From Candidatus Eiseniibacteriota bacterium (GTDB taxonomy: Bacteria > Eisenbacteria > RBG-16-71-46 > CAIMUX01 > VGJL01): 36,929 nucleotides of DNA. Below, in pieces: positions 8,701-17,835 of the stretch (positions are counted from its first letter, which is position 1; every line of letters starts with the position of its first letter). A program made the position numbers and the translations under genes. Location of the stretch: positions 1 through 36,929 of the forward strand of contig JBHGAY010000037.1 of NCBI GenBank assembly GCA_041946735.1, read 5' to 3'. The notes under the pieces were generated by a model. It was given only the letters and a program-made list of their open reading frames with translations. It searched no databases and was not told the origin of the DNA.

Positions 8701-9867
8701 CTACCGGAACGTCGCTTTCAGCCGCCCCCACGATGTCGGAGCGATGGCCGTGGGGGCAATGCATCCCAGCGGCCAAGCTCCGATCAGGCCGCAGTCGGTG
8801 TTGAAGTCCGGACCGCAGGGCGAGTCGGACCGCAGGGTCAAATCGCCCAAAGACAGGTCACAGAAGATCGGGTCGAGGCAGAGATTGCCGTTCTCGCCTT
8901 CCTGACCGGCCAGGCAATCAACCCAGTCCCCACCCTCGTTGCCGAAGACGTCGCAGCAAGAGAGGTCGAAGTCAGAACCAGAGTCACAGTAGGTCACCGG
9001 TCCAGCGCTTGACCTGTTCATCGCAATGACACAGTTGTCGAGGACCAGGTCTGCCTCGTAGGCTCCGATCGCCCCACACGCAAAGCCTGCGTTCCCCGCG
9101 AACGTACAGCGGTGAAAGACCGCCGAGGTCCGGCCGATCCAGACAGCGCCCGTGCCCGGGTCGGCGTGATTGCCATAGAACGTGCAATCTTCGACGACGA
9201 TCGAGGCGAACTGACAGTGAAGGGCGGGACCGTTGATGACGGGTGGGTTGGAGACATCAGCCACGTTGTCGACGAACATGCAATTCCGTATCGTCGCCGC
9301 CCCGGAACCCACGCATACCGCGCCTGCGCCCACGAAGGTGCGGAGCTCATTCTTCGCGAACTTGCAGGACTCGATCAGCGAAGACGACCCGTCGAGGTAG
9401 ATCGCCCCACCGCCCAGCCCGACGGGACAAACGTTCCCCTCGAACACGCAACCACGGATGGTCGGGCTGGAGTTGATGGCATAGGCACCGCCTGCTCGTC
9501 CTCCGACTCCATTTCGGATCGTAATGCCCTCGAGCACCGTAGTCGGCTCCTCGCCGCCGACGAACGAAAACCCGTAGCCTTCCCCCTCGCAATCGACAAT
9601 GCAGGTGTTCGGATCGAGCGCGCGAGAACGAACGACGAGCCTGCGCCCGTAGAATGTCACGTCCCGATTTCCCTGACCTGTGAAAACCCCCGGCAGTAGC
9701 TCGATCACGCTTCCTTCCGGAATGGGACCGCCGATTGCGGCCTGGATTGTCGGAAAGTCCCCCGATCCGTCCGGGGCGACTGTGTAGGTCTCGGCGAGCA
9801 GCGGGAGAGGCAGGAACATGAGTAGGAAACAAGTCAGGCCACGCGGCCATGCGGCGATGCGGCTCAT
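8701..9867 (-). CDS. Secreted right-handed parallel beta-helix repeat protein with C-terminal SWGxLKA motif
   Basis: Signal peptide; VAPDGSGDFPTIQAAI; repeated CxFxxN..GGA units; ends PTSWGRLKATFR; AAAGGA upstream of ATG 9867. Confidence 0.88.
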   Translation of the reverse strand: MSRIAAWPRGLTCFLLMFLPLPLLAETYTVAPDGSGDFPTIQAAIGGPIPEGSVIELLPGVFTGQGNRDVTFYGRRLVVRSRALDPNTCIVDCEGEGYGFSFVGGEEPTTVLEGITIRNGVGGRAGGAYAINSSPTIRGCVFEGNVCPVGLGGGAIYLDGSSSLIESCKFAKNELRTFVGAGAVCVGSGAATIRNCMFVDNVADVSNPPVINGPALHCQFASIVVEDCTFYGNHADPGTGAVWIGRTSAVFHRCTFAGNAGFACGAIGAYEADLVLDNCVIAMNRSSAGPVTYCDSGSDFDLSCCDVFGNEGGDWVDCLAGQEGENGNLCLDPIFCDLSLGDLTLRSDSPCGPDFNTDCGLIGAWPLGCIAPTAIAPTSWGRLKATFR

Positions 9868-9997
9868 CGTGCATTGTCCTTTCAATGAAGTCCAATCGCA
9901 GTGGAACCATTTGGCCCGGGCACGAGCCGAGTCAATTCATTCGCGCAACCAGCGTACTTGTGCTACTCGAGGCTCGTCAAGCAGACGCTTCGCGAAG

Positions 9998-10013
9998 GCA
10001 AGCATGCTGCCAA
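9998..10013 (-). promoter_or_regulatory. Putative sigma54 (-24/-12) promoter for the beta-helix gene
   Basis: Minus strand TTGGCAGCATGCTTGC has GG-N10-GC spacing and matches TGGCA-N6-TTGC; intergenic and correctly oriented. Confidence 0.5.
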
Positions 10014-10053
10014 GAAGGAAGCGGCCGGTGTTGACGTCGAAGTCGTGGAGTTC

Positions 10054-11223
10054 TCACTCTCCCCCTGCCCGCGCCGCGACCGCCTCGACGCGCACCTTCT
10101 GCAGCGGATGGATCTTGTTGTAGATGCGCTGATTCAGCACGGCCTTGCTGCACGTCGTGAAACACTCGCCGCAGATCCAGCGTCCCGTCGCCGGCATCTC
10201 GATCATCCGACGCCGCAGGTCGCGATAGCGCGCGTTCCACCAGATCTTGTCGAAGTCCTCGTCGAAGATGTTGCCGAGCTTCTCCTCCTCGCAGAAGCAG
10301 CACGGCACGACCGTCCCGTCGGGACCGATGACGCAGAACATCCACGCCTCGTAGCAGGGCAGCTTGCGCTGCAGCGGATTGTCCTGCGCCGTGGCCTCCC
10401 CGGTGCGCGCGCGCAGCGGGAGCTCCTTGGCAAGGTTCCCGAGATCGTGCGCGATCCCGTGTGACTCGAGCTTGCGGCTCCATCCCGGGATCCCCTGGAG
10501 CACCGTCCCGATCTCCGCCTCGCGAAGCTGCAGGTCCCCCGTCTCGGGAAGCTCCGCCATCACGTAGAAGTTGATCTCGTCGATTCCGAGCGCGCAGGCG
10601 TGGTCGATCATCGCCGGAAGATCTCCGGCGTTGTCGCGATTGATGACGTGGCTCACCCGCACCCAGGGAAGCTCACTCCCCGCCGCCTTACGTCGCGCGA
10701 GCACCTCCTCGAGGAACGCGACCGCCTTGTCCCACAGGTCGCGGCCGTTGACCTTCAGGTAGACCTCGCGCGAACCGGCGTTGAGGGAGACGTTCAAGCG
10801 GTCGAGGCGCGACTCGACGAGCGTGGGGGCGAGGTCGGGCTTCGCGAGCGTCGCGTTCGTGACGAGCGCGCAGCGCAGGCCTCCCTGCTTGATGGTCCTG
10901 ACGACAGCGGCCAGCTCCGGATGCGCGATCGGATCCCCCTTGCCGGACAGCTCGACCAGGTCCCCACCGATCCGGGTGAGGCTGCGCACGAGCCGCTCGA
11001 TCGTGGCGAGGTCCATCGTCCGGCGGCCCCCCACGTATTCGCGGCGTGCCGTAATCGGCAGGGCCTGGAGGCTGCCGTGGGACTCGCAGAAGACGCAGCG
11101 GAGATTGCAGTGGTGGGTGATCTCGAGGCTGACGGTCTGCGGACCGACGATCGGACGCCCGGCAGCGATCCCCATCAGGCGCTGCGCGCTGTTCCATTTG
11201 CCCGGAAAGCCAAAGCGATTCAT
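10054..11223 (-). CDS. Radical SAM protein with SPASM/Twitch domain
   Basis: CNLRCVFC (CxxxCxxC); C-terminal CYEAW..IGPDGTVVPCC..LGNI..CGEC; AGGAGG then ATG at 11223. Confidence 0.92.
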   Translation of the reverse strand: MNRFGFPGKWNSAQRLMGIAAGRPIVGPQTVSLEITHHCNLRCVFCESHGSLQALPITARREYVGGRRTMDLATIERLVRSLTRIGGDLVELSGKGDPIAHPELAAVVRTIKQGGLRCALVTNATLAKPDLAPTLVESRLDRLNVSLNAGSREVYLKVNGRDLWDKAVAFLEEVLARRKAAGSELPWVRVSHVINRDNAGDLPAMIDHACALGIDEINFYVMAELPETGDLQLREAEIGTVLQGIPGWSRKLESHGIAHDLGNLAKELPLRARTGEATAQDNPLQRKLPCYEAWMFCVIGPDGTVVPCCFCEEEKLGNIFDEDFDKIWWNARYRDLRRRMIEMPATGRWICGECFTTCSKAVLNQRIYNKIHPLQKVRVEAVAARAGGE

Positions 11224-11636
11224 CCGTCCCCTCCTGCACCGTTTCACGATCGCCGCAAGCCCCACCGTCGTGTACGTGGATCGATACGACAACAGACCAG
11301 TATACCGGCGCCCATGAGCCCGCCCAAGTTCCGGGTCGGTAATCGGGCTGCTGGGTCCGTCATTGGTTCTCGCTCCCCGTTCCTGCCGGATCGCGCCAGC
11401 TCTCGGTTGCTCTCGCACGGCGCTTCGCGCCCCGTCCCTGAGGGGGCCGGGCCGTCCGCTAATTCCGCGGCGGCTCTGGATAAGTTCTTGCATTACTTAT
11501 GACTAATGAGCGGACCTTCATGCCTATCCTCGGGGTAGCCGCACGGTTGCGTATCGAACGCCCGGCTGGCCGCCGGGGCTTCCGCCCAAGGGCCCGGGAT
11601 GAGGATGAGGACGAGGACACCAGTGGGAGAGCCCTG

Positions 11637-12299
11637 ATGAAGCTGCTCCGTTTCCGCCCACAGACCGCAGCCCTGCTGTCACCCCACGCATCGCCGCCCC
11701 CCGACACACGCGTCTTGGCCGCCCCGGATCCGTCGAGAAGGAAGTTCCTCGCAGGCCTGGCTGCCGTCGCCGGCACGATCCTGCTGCCGGGAGTCGGGCG
11801 GGCGATGGATGCGCTGGCTCCCGTTGGAGCCGGAGTCGCGGGGGTCGGTGCGGGGGTCGCCAAGAGCCTTTCGTTCGTTCACCTCCACACGGGAGAGAAG
11901 CTCCGCGTCACCTACTGGGCGGAAGGGGTCTACAAGGCGTCGGGCTTGAGGCAGATCGATCACTTCCTCCGCGACTTCCGCACCGGGGAGGTCATGGCGA
12001 TCGACCGGAAGCTTCTCGACCTGCTCCACGAGCTGCAGAGCGCGCTCGAGACGAACGAGCCGTTCCACGTCGTCTCCGGCTACCGTTCGCCGAAGACGAA
12101 CGCGATGCTCGCCGCGAGCAGCTCGCGTGTCGCGAAGCACTCCCTGCACATGGAGGGACGTGCGATCGACATTCGTGTGCCGGGGGTGAGCTTGCACCTG
12201 CTACGCGACATGGCGCTCGCGATCGAGAAGGGCGGCGTCGGCTTCTATCCGAAGTCGCAGTTCGTGCACGTCGACACGGGTCGCGTGCGCGCCTGGTAG
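11637..12299 (+). CDS. mepK: YcbK/MepK-family (DUF882, peptidase M15) murein endopeptidase with Tat signal
   Basis: SRRKFL twin-arginine motif; HTGE, LRDFRTG, VSGYRSPKTN, SLHMEGRAIDI, FVHVDTGRVRAW. Confidence 0.9.
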   Translation: MKLLRFRPQTAALLSPHASPPPDTRVLAAPDPSRRKFLAGLAAVAGTILLPGVGRAMDALAPVGAGVAGVGAGVAKSLSFVHLHTGEKLRVTYWAEGVYKASGLRQIDHFLRDFRTGEVMAIDRKLLDLLHELQSALETNEPFHVVSGYRSPKTNAMLAASSSRVAKHSLHMEGRAIDIRVPGVSLHLLRDMALAIEKGGVGFYPKSQFVHVDTGRVRAW

Positions 12300-12329
12300 G
12301 GCCGAAAGGCTCGCGCTCGGCCCCGCTCC

Positions 12330-13451
12330 TCAACGCGGCGGGGTCGTGACCGCTTCGGCGTGCGGCGCCGCGTGGGCGCCTTCCGCCTGGGCGCCTTCCG
12401 CCTCACCGCGCATGAGAAACAGCGTTCGCGTCGGATAGGCGAAGTCGATTCCCTCCGCCTCGAACCGTTCGTGGATCCTCAGGAGGACCCTCTGCTGAAT
12501 GTCCATGTAGAGGTTGTATTCCGGCGAGAGGACGTAGTAGACGGTCTCGAAGTTCAGCGCCGATTCGCCGTACGACTGGAAATGCGAGCGATCGAAGCGG
12601 ATCTTCTCCTGCGCCTCGACTGCCTCGCGCAGGATCTTCGGAATCTCCACGATTTTGGCGCGCGGGGTCTGGTAGGTGACGCCGATCGTGAAGACTACGC
12701 GGCGCTCCGCCATCCGCCCGTAGTTGCGGATCCGGCTCTGGAGGAGATCGGCGTTCGAGAAGATGAGCTGCTCTCCCGAGAGGCTCCGCAGGCGCGTCGT
12801 CTTCAGTCCGATCTGCTCAACAGAGCCGAGGAAGCTGTCGATGGCGAGGAAATCGCCGGGAACGAACGGCTTGTCGAATACGATCGACAGCGAGGCGAGC
12901 AGATCCCCGAGGATGTTCTGCACCGCGAGGGCGACGGCAATTCCACCGACTCCCAGGCCGGCGACGAGCGCGGTGATGTCGACGCCCAGATTGTCCAACG
13001 TCATGAGCAGGACGACCGACCAGACGACCACCTTCGCGAGGAAACTGACGAGCCCCGCCGTCATCGCCCGGATCGCATCTTCGCCCGCCTGCGTCGCTCG
13101 ATACCCGATCAGCAGAAACGAAACGGCGGCGTTCAGCCAGATCCCGGTCTGTAGCAGGAGGCAGAGGATCGCGATCTTCTGAAGAAAGCCGCGGAGCCGG
13201 TCGGGAAGGATCAGGATCATCGCGCCGACGTAGATGCCGAGGAAGATCAGGACGAGGATGTTCGTCTTCGACAACGTGTGCGCGATCAGGTCGTCCCAGC
13301 GAGTGGCGGTCCGTTGCGCCAGTCGGGAGAGACGGCGGGTGAGGAGCGCGACGATCACACGGAATCCGGCGACGAGGAGAAGCGTCGCGCCCACCGCGGT
13401 CAACCAGTGCAGAACCGTGTTGCCGTAGAAGCTGTCGTAGAGGAATTCCAT
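12330..13451 (-). CDS. Small-conductance mechanosensitive channel (MscS family)
   Basis: ALVAGLGVGGIAVALAVQNILGDL, DKPFVPGD, VEQIGLKTTRLRSLSGEQ, FAYPT; GGAGG then ATG 13451. Confidence 0.93.
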   Translation of the reverse strand: MEFLYDSFYGNTVLHWLTAVGATLLLVAGFRVIVALLTRRLSRLAQRTATRWDDLIAHTLSKTNILVLIFLGIYVGAMILILPDRLRGFLQKIAILCLLLQTGIWLNAAVSFLLIGYRATQAGEDAIRAMTAGLVSFLAKVVVWSVVLLMTLDNLGVDITALVAGLGVGGIAVALAVQNILGDLLASLSIVFDKPFVPGDFLAIDSFLGSVEQIGLKTTRLRSLSGEQLIFSNADLLQSRIRNYGRMAERRVVFTIGVTYQTPRAKIVEIPKILREAVEAQEKIRFDRSHFQSYGESALNFETVYYVLSPEYNLYMDIQQRVLLRIHERFEAEGIDFAYPTRTLFLMRGEAEGAQAEGAHAAPHAEAVTTPPR

Positions 13452-13946
13452 CGTCGCTGCCTCCCTCGTCCCCGTCTGCCGGCTCGTGCCGCGCCGTTCG
13501 TGCACGTCGATCCGCGCGCCGCGGCCGGCTCCGCCGAACGTTCGGATTCCGCCCCCCGCTAGGATGCAACAGCTCTCCCCCCTCCTGTCACATCCGTTTC
13601 CGCGAGCTCTCGACCCGATGAACCTTCCGTCACCGTCGCTTCATGACCGCCAGCGGGCATTCTTGCACATCCGGAATGTGGAAAGATGCCGCCGGACCTC
13701 CAGTTTCCGTCTCGCACGCAGGTTGCGCGATGCCGCGCGGTGGAAGGATGGAGCGCTCGCCGGCGAGGGCAGGCCCGACCGGGCTCGATTCATGAAAGGG
13801 CGGCGGGAATGGCGCCGGAGAGGACGGTGGTTTACGATCCCAGCCGTGTCGCGATCGCGCAACAGATCCGAGCGCGCGCACAGTGGACGGCGGAGGAGGG
13901 ACGTCGGGCCGCAGGCCCTCGTCCATCCGCCCGCGCGGGAGGTCCC

Positions 13947-15200
13947 ATGCATGAGGAAAGCCGCCATCTCCCCTTCTCGGCCATCGTCGGGCAGGAGCTG
14001 TTCAAGACCGTCTACCTGGCGAATATCGTCGATCCGCTGATCGGCGGCCTGCTCGTAGCGGGCGCGAAGGGGACCGGCAAGAGCACGATGGTCCACTCCG
14101 TGTCGACCCTCCTTCCGGAGTACCAGGCGGTGGCCAACTGCCCGTTCCATTGCGATCCGGCGCGGGTGGACCGGCTCTGCTCGTTGTGTGGCGAGAGGCC
14201 GGACCGTCCTGTCGAGCGGATGCGAATGAAGATCCTCACGCTTCCGCTGTCCTGCACGGAGGACCGGCTGATCGGCAGCCTCGACATCGAGGCGCTTCTG
14301 CGCGAACGGCGTCGCCACGTTCAGCCCGGGATCCTCGGCGAAGCGAATCGCAACCTTCTCTACGTGGACGAAGTGAACCTTCTGCCCGATCACCTCGTCG
14401 ATGACATCCTCGATGCCGCGGCGAGCCATTGGAGCCGGATCGAGCGCGAAGGCGTGTCGGTATCGCACCCGGCGGAGTTCGTCCTCGTCGGAACGATGAA
14501 CCCGGAGGAGGGGGAGCTTCGCCCGCAGATCCTGGATCGCTTCCCGCTCTCCGTGAAGATCGAGACGATTCGCGATCCGGAGAAGCGCGCGGAGATCGTC
14601 CGCCGCAACCTCGCCTTCGAGCGGGATCCGGAAGGGTTCCACCGGCGCTTCGCGGCGGCCGAGGAGGATCTGCGCCGGCAGATCCTCGATGCGCGGCAGC
14701 GGCTCGAGCAGATCGAGATCGAGGACGAGATGCTGCTCGGAATCGCCCAAGCGTGCACCGCGCTCAAGGTGGACGGCCAGCGTCCCGACATCGTCATCGC
14801 GAAGACCGCGCGCGCCGTCGCCGCCCTCGAGGCGCGCGACCGGATCGCGCAGGAGAACGTCCTCCTCGCCGCGCAGGCGGCGCTCGGTCATCGCACGCGC
14901 GACGGCGGCCTTCTCGAGCCTCCCTCGGCCGAAGAGATCCGCGACCAGTTCTCCGCGCACCTCTCTCGCATGCGCAAGGGGGGCGGCGCCGGCGGGCCCG
15001 GGAAGCGGTCGGCGGCGCGCGAGTCGCAGGCGGGGCCGCCGCAGGGGCAGGCGCAGGGTGCGCAGGCGCAGGCGCAGGCGCAACGGCAGGCCCAGGCGCG
15101 GGAGCGATCGCGGGAGGCGGAGAAAGCGCCGGCTGCCGCGCCGCTGCGAGCCCCGCAACCACCCGACAGCGCGACCGGCTCAAAAAAAGCGTCCGGCTGA
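13947..15200 (+). CDS. ChlI/ChlD-type chelatase AAA+ ATPase, zero-frame short product (417 aa)
   Basis: PFSAIVGQ, Walker A GAKGTGKS, Walker B LYVDEVNLL, GTMNPEEGELRPQILDRF; GGAGG then ATG 13947. Confidence 0.92.
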   Translation: MHEESRHLPFSAIVGQELFKTVYLANIVDPLIGGLLVAGAKGTGKSTMVHSVSTLLPEYQAVANCPFHCDPARVDRLCSLCGERPDRPVERMRMKILTLPLSCTEDRLIGSLDIEALLRERRRHVQPGILGEANRNLLYVDEVNLLPDHLVDDILDAAASHWSRIEREGVSVSHPAEFVLVGTMNPEEGELRPQILDRFPLSVKIETIRDPEKRAEIVRRNLAFERDPEGFHRRFAAAEEDLRRQILDARQRLEQIEIEDEMLLGIAQACTALKVDGQRPDIVIAKTARAVAALEARDRIAQENVLLAAQAALGHRTRDGGLLEPPSAEEIRDQFSAHLSRMRKGGGAGGPGKRSAARESQAGPPQGQAQGAQAQAQAQRQAQARERSREAEKAPAAAPLRAPQPPDSATGSKKASG

Positions 15201-16354
15201 GCGCGGGCAGCCAGGTAACTCCCGCGCCCCGCGCCGGGCGGCTCTTGAGCCTGCTGCACGCTCTGCGCGCGCGGTTCCAGCGCCGGGCCACGATTGTCGC
15301 CCCCGGCGTCAAGGCAGCCCCTCCGATCTCGACCGAGCCGGACCCGGAGCGGGAGCGCGAGGAGCTCCTCTTCCAGAGCGCGCCGACGCTGGTCCGCACC
15401 TACCGCAACCTGCTCCGCGGCCTGATCCGTCGCATGCGTCGCAACGCGCGCGGGGCGCGGCGCGGCCGCCGGAGACGCGGCGTACAGAATCCCTACGAGG
15501 GAAGGAGCATCCGGCTGGTCCCCTACCGGCCCGCCGAGAATCTGCTCGCCCCGTTGCCGTCGATCCTGCAAGCGATGCGGTCCGGCCGGATGCTCGGCGC
15601 GAGCGGCGAGGGGCTCACCCGGGAGGATCTGCGCGGTTGGGCGAAAGTCGAGCGAGAAAGTCTGACCCTCATCCTCCTGGTCGATGTCAGCGGGTCGACG
15701 CGCTGGTATCTGCGCAGCTTCGCCGAAGTGCTGCGCTCCCTCGCCGGTCACTTCCATCGCAACCGCGACCGGATGGGGCTCGTCGCGATCCAGGGGCGGC
15801 AGGCGTCGGTCCTTCACCATCCGACCCACAACTACAGGATCGTGACGCGTCATCTCGCGAAACTCGCATTCCGCGGCAGCACGCCGATCGCCGACGGCCT
15901 ACGCAAGGCCCTCGACGTCGCCCGGATGGAGCGGTTCAGGAATCCCGGCTCGCAGAGCCTCGTCATGCTCCTCTCCGACTGCTGCCCGGAGCCGGTCGCG
16001 CCGGGCTCGCCCGATCTCTTCGAGGAGCCGCCCTACCGGGATGCGCAGACGGTCGCGCGGCTCTATGCGAAGCAGAAGGTGAGCCTTCTCGTGCTCCTGC
16101 CGACGCCGCGGCGCGGCTCGCTCACCCCCGGCTTCGTCCGTCCCGGTGACCGGCTGGCCGAGGCGATCGCGCGGCTGTCGGAGGGGAAGCTGCTTCGGCT
16201 CGCTTACGAGGAGCAGGCGTCGTTGGGACGCGGCGCGGTCGAAACGGTGCTGAGCGCGATCGAGTCGATGTTCGGAGCCGATACGCGCAGCGCAGGCGAC
16301 CGCGTCTCTCCGGAACTGCCGGGGATGGCGGGAGGCCCGGGCTCGGGCCGGTGA
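13947..16354 (+). CDS. chlD: Full-length ChlD-like AAA+-linker-VWA protein (about 802 aa) predicted via -1 frameshift at 15182-15188
   Basis: The -1 frame is open across the A7 run through a VWA domain with MIDAS LLVDVSGS, RDRMGLV, GSTPIADGL, LLSD; no obvious separate RBS/start for the VWA part. Confidence 0.75.
15182..15239 (+). other. Candidate programmed -1 frameshift signal (A_AAA_AAA plus 3' stem-loop)
   Basis: TCA AAA AAA GCG TCC GGC TGA; GCGCGGG (15201-15207) pairs with CCCGCGC (15221-15227); GTCCGGC (15191-15197) pairs with GCCGGGC (15233-15239). Confidence 0.72.
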
Positions 16355-16456
16355 GCGCGCGCAAGCGGCCACCGCCGGTCGGGCGGCGGCCGTGCCGTTC
16401 ACCAATGGATGAGGCGCCGGGGGGGACCCAGCTGCACGGTCGCGCCAGCCGGCCGA

Positions 16457-17506
16457 TCATCGCGGAGAGCGCCCCATCTGCCGCTTCTTCGGCTTGTCCG
16501 GCTTCTTCGGCTTCTCCGGCGTCTCCAGCCTCTCCGCCTTCTTCGGCGTCTCCGGCTTCTCAGTCTGTTCGGGATCGATCCTGCGTCCTCCCTTCGGGAC
16601 GTGCGCGCGGATCAGGCGGGCGAGGAGACGATAGTCCTCCTGGCGCGGCGCGTTCTTGCGCCAGACGAGGCCGATCCGGCGGCCGGGCGCTGGGCTGGCA
16701 AACTGACGAACCGCGTACATGCGCGTCTCGCGCGGCTCGCACTCGACCGCGATCCGCGGAAGCAGGGTCACTCCGGCGCCGCTCGCGACCATCTGCACGA
16801 GCGTCGGAAGGCTGGTCGCCCGAAAGTCCGCCTGCTCGCGCGCGCCCGCGCCCCGGCAGACTTCGAGCGCCTGATCGCGAAGGCAGTGGCCGTCCTCGAG
16901 GAGAAGCACCTCCTCCCCTTCGAGATCGCCGGTCTCCACCTTCCCCTTGCGCGCGAGCCGATGGCCGGACGGTGCAGCGAGCAGGAACTCGTCGGAGAAG
17001 AGAGACGCTTTCGCCAGATCGGACGATGGCACCGGCAGGGCGAGCACGGCCGCATCGAGCCGGCCGTTCTCGAGGCGGTCGAGCAGGCGGGATGTCTGTT
17101 CCTCCAGCAGGAGCAGCCGCAGCTGCGGGTACTTTTCGCGGGCAGCCGGCAAGATCGACGGAAGCAGGTACGGCGCGACCGTCGGGATCACGCCGAGCCG
17201 GAGGGTCCCGGTCAGCGGCGGCCGATGGGAACGCGCTGCTTCCCTCACCCGGTCGGCCGCAGCGAGGACCTCGCGCGCGCCTGCGATCACCTCTGCCCCC
17301 GCGGCGGTCGGCAGAACGCGGCGACGATCGCGCTCGAAGAGCCGGACTCCGAGCGTGCGCTCGAGCTCCGCGATCTGCCCGCTCAGCGCCGGCTGGCTCA
17401 CGAAACACGCTTCGGCGGCCTTGCGAAAGTTCCGCGTCTCCGCAAGGGCGAGCAGGTATTCGAGCTGACGGATCGTAGGACGGACCGTGGGACGGACCGA
17501 AGGCAT
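16457..17506 (-). CDS. oxyR: Hydrogen peroxide-responsive LysR regulator OxyR
   Basis: LysR HTH (IRQLEYLLAL..FRKAAEACFVSQPALS); LEDGHCLRDQALEVC with both redox cysteines; RATSLPTL; divergent from ahpC. Confidence 0.93.
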   Translation of the reverse strand: MPSVRPTVRPTIRQLEYLLALAETRNFRKAAEACFVSQPALSGQIAELERTLGVRLFERDRRRVLPTAAGAEVIAGAREVLAAADRVREAARSHRPPLTGTLRLGVIPTVAPYLLPSILPAAREKYPQLRLLLLEEQTSRLLDRLENGRLDAAVLALPVPSSDLAKASLFSDEFLLAAPSGHRLARKGKVETGDLEGEEVLLLEDGHCLRDQALEVCRGAGAREQADFRATSLPTLVQMVASGAGVTLLPRIAVECEPRETRMYAVRQFASPAPGRRIGLVWRKNAPRQEDYRLLARLIRAHVPKGGRRIDPEQTEKPETPKKAERLETPEKPKKPDKPKKRQMGRSPR

Positions 17507-17571
17507 CTTCCCCCTCCTGGCGACCTGCGCCGCGCTACGCGCCCGCCTTGCGCGCGGGCGCGCTCCTCTTG

Positions 17572-17608
17572 ATAGCCACAGCCTATCACACACATACGAA
17601 AGAGCGAT
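17572..17608. promoter_or_regulatory. OxyR operator
   Basis: ATAG-N7-CTAT-N7-ATAC-N7-CGAT, 14 of 16 matches to the ATAG-N7-CTAT-N7-ATAG-N7-CTAT consensus, between oxyR and ahpC. Confidence 0.8.
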
Positions 17609-17835
17609 TGGATCTTATCACCACGCGGGGGCGATCCTGTGGATGTGCCGCAGGGACGCGCGAGGGCGATTGCGAGGCCGGTGCGCGAGGGGCGAGCGGC
17701 ACCCCGCCTTGGGAGGACCCAGGCGGCGGGACGAGGCAAGGACGAGCCGTGAGCGAGTAATAACCAAGCCATGACCGAGCCACGAGAACCTGCGAAAACG
17801 AGCCAGAGTCTGCACCAATAAGGAGGATCCGAGAG

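Noticed and set aside
12299..12323. Intrinsic terminator between convergent mepK and mscS
   Set aside because: A GGGCCGA/TCGGCCC stem exists but has no U-tract on either side
13560..13946. Cobalamin riboswitch upstream of the chelatase-like gene
   Set aside because: Conserved B12-box elements were not recognised on either strand
14429..15181. N-terminal part of the 641-aa ORF as a real protein start
   Set aside because: Arg/Gly/Pro-rich shadow translation overlapping the AAA+ gene; only the part after the slippery site looks like protein
15198..15218. Selenocysteine or stop read-through at the TGA of the AAA+ ORF
   Set aside because: The same frame stops again five codons later (GCG CGG GCA GCC AGG TAA); the VWA domain is in the -1 frame
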